Shown in pieces: positions 55,687 through 64,000 of a stretch of DNA of 64,000 nucleotides. The DNA comes from Octopus vulgaris (taxonomy: Eukaryota), in assembly GCA_951406725.2 (NCBI GenBank), contig OX597828.1, positions 36,890,001 through 36,954,000 of the forward strand, read 5' to 3'. The position numbers and the translations under genes were made by a program. A model generated the notes under the pieces. It made no database searches, was not told the origin of the DNA, and saw only the letters and a list, made by a program, of their open reading frames with translations. Position 1 is the first letter of the stretch, and every line of letters starts with the position of its first letter.

Positions 55687-55823
55687 GAAATATGAAAATA
55701 GAAAAAGAATATATACACATGCATATTTAAATATGTACATATATATGTATATATACATAAATATGCATACATATACATATAAATGTATATATAACAGTGA
55801 ATAAATAATACCTGTTTTCATAC

Positions 55824-55923
<100 letters not shown>

Positions 55924-56073
55924 GTATATGTATATTTATATGTATATATATATATATATATATTCGAATATATATATATATATATAAGCGTGTGTGTGTG
56001 TGTTGTATTGGAAATACTTAATTAAATGTATAAGCTGTCCTCAAAGTATCTTTATTTAATACAATATCTGTCG

Positions 56074-56133
56074 TGCTATAACACGTTTCACTGCCCTAAG
56101 CAGTTCATTAGCAATTGACTAGTGCGTTGTAAA

Positions 56134-56200
<67 letters not shown>

Positions 56201-56222
56201 ATATTTACATATACATACATAT

Positions 56223-56272
<50 letters not shown>

Positions 56273-56291
56273 ATATTTATATATACATATG

Positions 56292-56333
<42 letters not shown>

Positions 56334-56456
56334 AATGAATGAAAAGAAAATAGGTGTCACGTAATCACTTTCATTAGCTTACAGTTGTTTTACCTATAAG
56401 AGGTAGTGAACTCAGAGATTAGTGTCCGTGCAGCATGCTATAGCTTCCTCGGAGCT
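56074..56456 (-). ncRNA. Two degenerate hammerhead motifs (56074-56116; 56376-56456) in TA-embedded fragments
   Basis: CTaATGA-ACTGC/GCAGT-GAAAC-GT-GTT; AGCT-CcGAGGA-agctatag/ttataggt-aAAAC-AACT-GTA-AGCT. Confidence 0.5.
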
Positions 56457-56784
56457 ATGAATATATGTGTGTTTGTGTGTGTATGTGTGTGTGTGTCTGA
56501 GTGGGAGTGTGTGGGAGTGTGTATGTCTGTCTACGGCATAGATTCTTTTACGATTCGTTTTTTTACTTTTTCTTTTTTTATTTTTATAAATCAATACAAC
56601 CACTTCCAGTCTTCTGATACCAAACAGTGTATATAATGGTATTAAGTAATTGCAGAAATTTTTATTTGTAAAACATTGTTAGAATTTTGATTTACTATCT
56701 GAATTGATTTGAAATGATTTAGTTCTCTGAATCGTAATAATTTCTTATTTTATACATTAACTGGAAGTTTTTTAAACAATATAA

Positions 56785-56830
56785 AGCCTTGTGAGTGGAT
56801 TTGGTAGACGGAAACTGAAAGAAGCCCGTC

Positions 56831-56864
<34 letters not shown>

Positions 56865-57126
56865 ATATATATATATATATATATATATGTACGTGTGTGT
56901 GTATACATTTGCGTGTTTGTGTTTGTCCACCCACCAACATCATTTTCAACCGATGCTGGTGTGTTTACGTCCCCGTAACGTAGCGGTTCGGCAAAAGAAA
57001 CCGATAGAATAAGTACTAGGCTTACAAAGAATAAGTCCTGGGGTCGATTTGCTCGACTAAAGGTGGCGCTCCAGTATGGCCACAGTCATATGACTGAAAC
57101 AAGTAAAAGAATAAAGAGTAAAGAGT
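56785..57126 (+). mobile_element. SINE family A (5'-truncated)
   Basis: Family A consensus blocks. Confidence 0.85.
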
Positions 57127-58000
57127 AATTGTCCTTTTAGCGTCCTTGATTTATTTAATTAGGTAAATCTCTACTTTCCTTCCCTCGGTTTAAGATACAA
57201 AAAAGAATAAAACGCTATGATTTTGGATATTTCTAAATGATTTAATTAGATCATTACATTTTGAATATATTGAACAGTTTCTGCCTAGTTTATATACGAA
57301 ATTTATTGTCCTGTGTATTATAAAAGACTTATCTCCCTTGACATAAATTTTTCCTTCCTAAAATTTTACCCGGAGGTTTTTACTTTATGTAAATTTAATG
57401 AATATCTATCTCTCACCAATCATTTAAATTCCTTTTAGACATTCTTTATTACACAGCTAATTTATTTTCATTTAAATCAAATATTCTATAATGAATAAAG
57501 CGATTTTTTTTTGAAAAAAATATACTGATACATTTTCATTGCATTAATGTCTTAAAAGAAAAATGATTTCTGAATTTTTTTAAAGCTTTTTGCTTTCACA
57601 AAATTAAATTTATTTTTTCATCAGATAAGCACTTTATCTAAATCAGCTTAATATTTATTCCATAATTATCCATTTTTCTTATCTTTACATAATTATAGTA
57701 TTTCTAATAAAAAAAAGAAATTTAAATGTCTCTTTGAACGTTTTCTTTTACAATTATGTTTAAAAATTTTAAGATTCTGTTAATTTTTGATTTTCTATCA
57801 ATTGAGCAATGGGTATATATATACATATACGTGTCTGTGTGTTTGTGTTTTATTATATATATATGTGCGTATGTATATCTATCTATACATGTCACTGTGT
57901 CACTGTATCAACTAGACTATTGAATGATACCACCCCACTGGCTAGGCGTGCAGACTATTATTCCCCCTGAAGAGGTGACAGTGCTACCCATTTAACTTTG

Positions 58001-58052
<52 letters not shown>

Positions 58053-58171
58053 TACACACACACATTCACACACATATAGATGTATGTATATATATATATT
58101 ATTCTTAAGCAAGAATATTGATAGTCAGACTGCAATGCTTTGAAGTTAATCTTGGCTTTATATACTCTATT

Positions 58172-58678
58172 ACTCTTTTACTTGTTTCAGTCATTTGACT
58201 GCGGCCATGCTGGAGCATCTCCTCTTAGTCGAACAAATCGATCCAAGGACTTATTCATTGTAAGCCTAGAACGTATTTTATCGATCACTCTTGCCGAACC
58301 GTTAAGTTACGGGGACGTAACCACACCAACATTAGTTGTCAAGTTATGGACGGGGACAAACAGACACACAAACACACACACAGACACACACACACAAACA
58401 CACACACACACACACACACGCACACACACTTATATATATATATACATACAGTTTGCTCGACTAAAGGCGGTGCTCCAGCATGGCTGCAGTCAAATGACTG
58501 AAACAAGTAAAAAAGTAAATATATATATATATATTATAGGCGCAGGTGCAGCTCTGTAGTTACAAATTTGCTTCTCAATCACAGCTTTGTGAGTGAATTT
58601 GGTAGACAGAAGCTGAAAGAGGTCCATCGTGCATACATACATACACACATACATACGTACATACATACATACTTACTT

Positions 58679-58733
<55 letters not shown>

Positions 58734-58982
58734 CATATGCGTATATATATGTGTATGTTTGTATGCATGTCTGTATGTATTGTATGTATGGATACATCAA
58801 TGTGTGTGTGTCTTTGTGTTCTTGTTTGTCCTTCAACACACTGCTTGACAATCGGTTTGGTGTGTTTACACCTTGTAACCTAGCGGTTCGGCCAGGAGAT
58901 CGATAGAATAAATACTAGCGTTTGAAAGGCGGTGTCCCATCATGGCCGCAGTCAAATGACTGAAACAAGTAAAAGATGAAAG
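58172..58982. mobile_element. Cluster of SINE family A pieces in both orientations
   Basis: 58172-58360 (-), 58453-58515 (+), 58539-58982 (+). Confidence 0.8.
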
Positions 58983-59031
58983 ATATATATGCATACATAT
59001 ATGGTTTAGAAATGCTATATATACATATATG

Positions 59032-59071
<40 letters not shown>

Positions 59072-59207
59072 CAATAAATGGTGGGGTTGTGTTGACCGCA
59101 CGTGGAGAAATGATAAGTAAGGAAAATTTTTTTTAAAAATGCAGAATGCTCAAATGAAAGAAAATTTTAATAAAATGAGAAAATGATAAAATATATAAAT
59201 ATATATT

Positions 59208-59248
59208 TATTCAACCGGTTTTCGTCATTGTATGACTTGTCAAGAATA
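59208..59248 (-). ncRNA. Degenerate minimal hammerhead motif
   Basis: TATTC-ttgacaa-GTCA-tacaa-TGAC-GAAAA-CCGG-TT-GAATA; all three stems intact, core mutated. Confidence 0.5.
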
Positions 59249-59359
59249 TTTATGTTTTAATATAATATATATATATATACATATATACATACATTTATCG
59301 ATTTATGTGTGTGTAATATGATGTGTGTGAGTAATATGATGTGTGTGTGTGTATGTACG

Positions 59360-59416
<57 letters not shown>

Positions 59417-60541
59417 TGCGATTGTATCCTGCGCAAATATTTCGGATTCCCAAATCGTTACGAATGCTGGAAATACAAATAATAACAAGAAATCAAAGCT
59501 TCATAGAAATCTATTTTATTCTTGATCGTTCATTGAGAATCCGAAACCAAAATCATAGAACATCCGACATTTCGTTCTTGTAATGTCTGGACATTGATTG
59601 ACAGTGATTCTACACCGGAATCCTAACCCGGATATTGAAAACCTACAAAATATGACATCTGCACGTACTGAAACAAGAATTTTAGACAAATCTGATTTAG
59701 ACGTTGGAATCAGTTACACTTCCTATCGCATTGAATAACTCTAAAATATAATACACCATTTCGGTGCTGTCTTCAAAGATTTAGCACTTCCTCTGCTTAG
59801 ATAAATAGATTTCACTTCGTGACATTCAATGATGGCGTTATATGAAATTATGGCCCTGGGTTAGTTGTACTTCGATATCGCGATGGTGGGAAAGTTAACC
59901 TAAATTGGATGAAACATTGTTGACGGATTAAGAAGTCAAATTGTCCCGATTCTGAATCTTCAATACGTGAACTTGATATTAGACGAGTGTCTTCTGCTAT
60001 AGTTTCGGGTTGACCAACGCCTTGCGAGGTGGGGTTAGCAGACGGAACTTGTATGAGGGCCTGTTGAACACACACACACACACACATACGCACACACACG
60101 CACAAACATACACAGACGCGCGCGCGCGAAGCAACACATACAACCACACACACGCGCGCGAGCGGGCAAAGCAATACGTACAACCACACACGCACACACA
60201 CACACACACACACATACGCAAAGCCACGCGCACAACAACACTCGCACATACACACACACACACGCAAACCCACACGCACAACCACACACAAACACACACG
60301 CAAAGCCACACGCACAACCACACACACACACACATACACGAAAGCCCCACCCACAACCACACACACACACACATACACGAAAGCCCCACGCACAACCACA
60401 CACACACACACACACACATACACACACACACAATCACAACCACACATACAACACAAAATTTGAAAATAGATTTTCTTGAATGTAATATTAATTATCTGAA
60501 AAATCTCAAAAACAGCCATTTTGTGACCCAATAATAATAAC

Positions 60542-60575
<34 letters not shown>

Positions 60576-60597
60576 GTGATAATAATAATAATAATAA

Positions 60598-60930
60598 TCT
60601 TTTCTACTCTAGGCACAAGGCCCGAAATTTTGGGGGAGGACGCCAGTCGCTTGGATCGACCCCAGTATGCAACTGGTACTTAATTAATCGACCTCGAAAG
60701 GATGAACGGCAAAGTCGACCTCGGCGGAATTTGAACTCAGAACGTAAAGACAGACGAAATACCTATTTCTTTACTACCCACAAGGGGCTAAAGACAGAGA
60801 GGACAAATAAGGACAGACAAACGGATCAAGTCGATTACATAGACCCCAGTTCGCAACTGGTACTTAATTTATCAACCCCGAAAGGATGAAAGGCAAAGTC
60901 GACCTCGACAGAATTTGAACTCAGAACGTA
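60598..60930 (-). mobile_element. SINE family B dimer next to (TAA)n
   Basis: Family B consensus blocks. Confidence 0.85.
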
Positions 60931-62049
60931 AGAAGAAGAAGAAGATGACTAATATATGGTTTGGAAACAATATAATGAGCCAACGTGAATATTTTATCTA
61001 CAAAGGTGCGTGAACGCGGTTGCGTGGCTACAAGTAACTACAAATAGTAACCATGCCATATCTAATAGCATCCCACCTTCTTAAATGGCTTATTGGATAA
61101 GGATATCCTAAATCCATTGGGTGAAAATGAACATGACTAGAAGACGTCTGATTAAAGATCTGCCGGATCAGAATGAGCCTGAATTTAAGCAAAAATAACA
61201 TAAATGTGATATAAATGCTATCCAGGTATCATAGTGTGGACTTAGCTGAGAAGTTAAGTTTTCCTTACGAAGTTCTGGATTTGAGTCCACCGTGTAGAGA
61301 TCCATAATTATCAGAAGCCCTGTAAGTAAAAATTAGATGCGCAGTGAAATTAGATTTAACCTTACCACACAATGTGTCATGCTAACTCTGCCTAACAATT
61401 TCATTAAAAGTATCTGTTTCTGTGGAATACTCAGTCACTTACAGACTAATTCGATCGTTCATTTCATTCAACGATTGAATACACCTCGTCAAAACCGACG
61501 GAGATCCATTTGCTTTTACCATGTGGTAAAAAAAATATATATTGACTGCTTTATTGTACAGAATATATAATACAATATCCAAATCATTATCATCCGCTAT
61601 TCCAAAATGTCTGCAAGCGAATTCTATTCAATGAAGTGTCTCTTTACAAAATATTATTGTGACAAAAACACATCGTCCAATGTTGTCTGTAGGGAAAAAC
61701 CAAGGGAAACATTGATACACAATCAATTCACATGTTGAGAAGCAAAGAATACCCATAGAAAATTCTACGAAATTTCTACGAAAATTCCAAAAGAACATAA
61801 ACCCACTGTGAGCTAAGTAGAACAAATATTGTCCTAGTGAACAATAGAACAAAATGAATGCCTTCCTGTGAAGATCAAGTTCTGAATAGTTCTAATAGAT
61901 TTTATTTAATTTTGCGGAAAATGATTTCATTAACAAACTCTAAACAAAATCTTGAGCTTTTTCTCTCTCCTCGATGTAGTTTGAGCAGTACAAAATAGAA
62001 ATACAGGGTTCCTACAAATGAAGAAGATCGTAGTGGTACAGAGACAGTA

Positions 62050-62565
62050 CTTTCTTTTACTTGTTTCAGCCATCAGATGGCGGCCATGCTGGGGCACCAC
62101 CGTGAAGGATTTTTCAATCAAATGAATCGAACTCGATACTTATTTTATTTAAAAGCCTGGTACTTATTCTATCGACCACTTAATTCTGAACCGCTAATTT
62201 TGTTATTTCTTTAATGCCCACAAGGAGCTAAACATAGAGGGGACAAACAAGGACAGACAAAGAGATTAAGTCGATTACATCGACCCCAGTGTGCAACTGG
62301 AGTCGATGTAATTTATCGACCACGAAAGGATGAAAGGCAAAGTCGACCTCGGCGGAATTTGAACTCAGAACGTAACGGCAGACGAAATACCGCTAAGCAT
62401 TTCGCCTGGCGTGTTAAAGTTTCTGCCAGCTCACCGCCTTATCTGAACTGCTAAGTTACAGGGACGTTAACCAACCATCACCGGTTGTCAAACGGTGGTG
62501 CGGGCAAACACACACACACATGCTCACACACGCATAGTCACACACACACAAATTATACGACGGGT
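62050..62565 (-). mobile_element. SINE family A interrupted by a nested family B copy (62200-62440)
   Basis: Family A sequence resumes after the B head; TCTGAACCGCTAA/TCTGAACTGCTAA flanks look like a target duplication. Confidence 0.75.
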
Positions 62566-63019
62566 TGTCTTAGCAGGAATTATTTTGTAACATGTGTATT
62601 ATGTAATTCGTACGAACGATCTCTTCAGGGACTCTGGTTTTTCGTTTTTTTTTGTTTTTGTCTTTTTAATTGCTTGATTATTTAATTATTCATTTTTCTA
62701 ATATGAACTACAAAATTCCTTTTTGCTTTTTTACATGTTAAACATTCGAAAATATCTGGAAAAACATTATGAGAAATGAAATAAAATGAAAGGATCGAAG
62801 AAAGACGGGCGGTAACAAAATTGAGTTGCGAATCTAATGACAATTACAGTGTCGAAAGCAAAGCAGAAAAGCATAACCGCCGACATTTATCATTAACCAA
62901 TCAAAAGTGAGTATCGTATCCACTAAGTCATGTGACTTCTCAATAATCGATTGGCACCTTTCCTAAAACAATAAATTAGTAAAGTGAATCGCTATTTTCT
63001 TTTTTATGTTTTAATTGTT

Positions 63020-63214
63020 TCAATCGGTTATTGGACTGTGGCCATGCTGGAGGGTTAAGCCGAAGGGTTAAGTACTGGAGGGTTAAGCCGAACAAAATCG
63101 ATCCCAGTATATTATTTAAGTTTGAAACTTATGCTATCGATGACCTTTTGCCGAACTGCTAATAAATGGCAACGTAAACAAAGATCGGTTGCGAAGTGGT
63201 GTTAGGATACAAGC

Positions 63215-63252
<38 letters not shown>

Positions 63253-63505
63253 GTGTGTGTGTGTGTATGTATGTGTGTGTGTCTTTGTGTCTGGTTTTCT
63301 TCCCTCACCATCGCTTGACAACGTGTGTTGGTGTGTTTACGTCCTTCTAACTTAGCGGTTCAGCAAAAGAGAGATCGATTGAATAAGAACTAGTCAGAAA
63401 AATAATTAATCCTCGGGAGCGATTTCCTCGACTAAAAAGGCCTTTAAAGCGGTGCTCCAGCATGGCCAGAGTCAAATGTCTGCAACATGTAAAAGAATAA
63501 AAAGA
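63020..63505. mobile_element. Two SINE family A 3' halves in opposite orientation
   Basis: 63020-63210 (-) and 63285-63505 (+) around a TA/TG tract. Confidence 0.75.
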
Positions 63506-63786
63506 AATATCTTGTTTGACATCATATTCACATGCTCTTTATTTATAGCTTTATTTTTTTGCTTCGAAATCCTCTATTCAAAACTAGAATTGTTTCATGT
63601 TCTCTCTAAAATTTATAAAATTCTTATGACGCAGCATAAGAATTTTATAAGAATAATATTTACAAAATGGACAGAAAATTTGGAAGCATTGCTACGGTAA
63701 AATGGTAGAACTCTCATAGCTACAAGAGATATGGGCTCGTGTACCATGACAAATCTTCGTTTTTAAGTTTTGTATCCAAGAGTGAT

Positions 63787-63836
<50 letters not shown>

Positions 63837-64000
63837 TTGCGACTGTGTATATGTGTATGTGTGCCTGTCACTTCCCACGGATGTTTTCTTCTGTAACTTA
63901 TCTTAAACTCAAAATCAAGCTTATTTTGTCCGGAAGGATAACATTTTCACCACGTTCCACTTTAGATTTAACACACACGCACACACACATACACATGCAT

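Noticed and set aside
59848-60543. Long Cys/Val- or His/Thr-rich ORFs
   Set aside because: They derive from a degenerate CA-rich minisatellite.

Overview
This is AT-rich animal genomic DNA dominated by microsatellites and repeats. The SINE families and simple-repeat landscape strongly resemble Octopus (cephalopod) genomes; that assignment is an inference. No intact host protein-coding gene is evident, and almost all ORF-track entries are translated microsatellites. Real coding signal comes from mobile elements: a 5'-truncated Penelope-like element (PLE) with an open RT-C-terminus/GIY-YIG ORF (8697-9935) and a downstream hammerhead ribozyme; a full-length mariner (52511-53774); two decayed mariners; a DD37D (maT) derivative; MITEs; Helitron remnants, one carrying a LINE ORF1-like fragment; R4/Dong-like restriction-endonuclease fragments beside (TAA)n; and many tRNA-derived SINEs. 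The most notable observations are: (i) a dense population of hammerhead-ribozyme (HHR) motifs in short elements embedded in (TA)n/(TAA)n tracts, including a four-copy family with a non-canonical core (CUG-U-N-GA-A instead of CUGANGA); (ii) a perfect 117-bp palindrome centred on an HHR core; and (iii) two small exon-like segments on the minus strand with strong splice signals (42868-43021, 34088-34132), suggesting part of the window is intronic in a host transcript.
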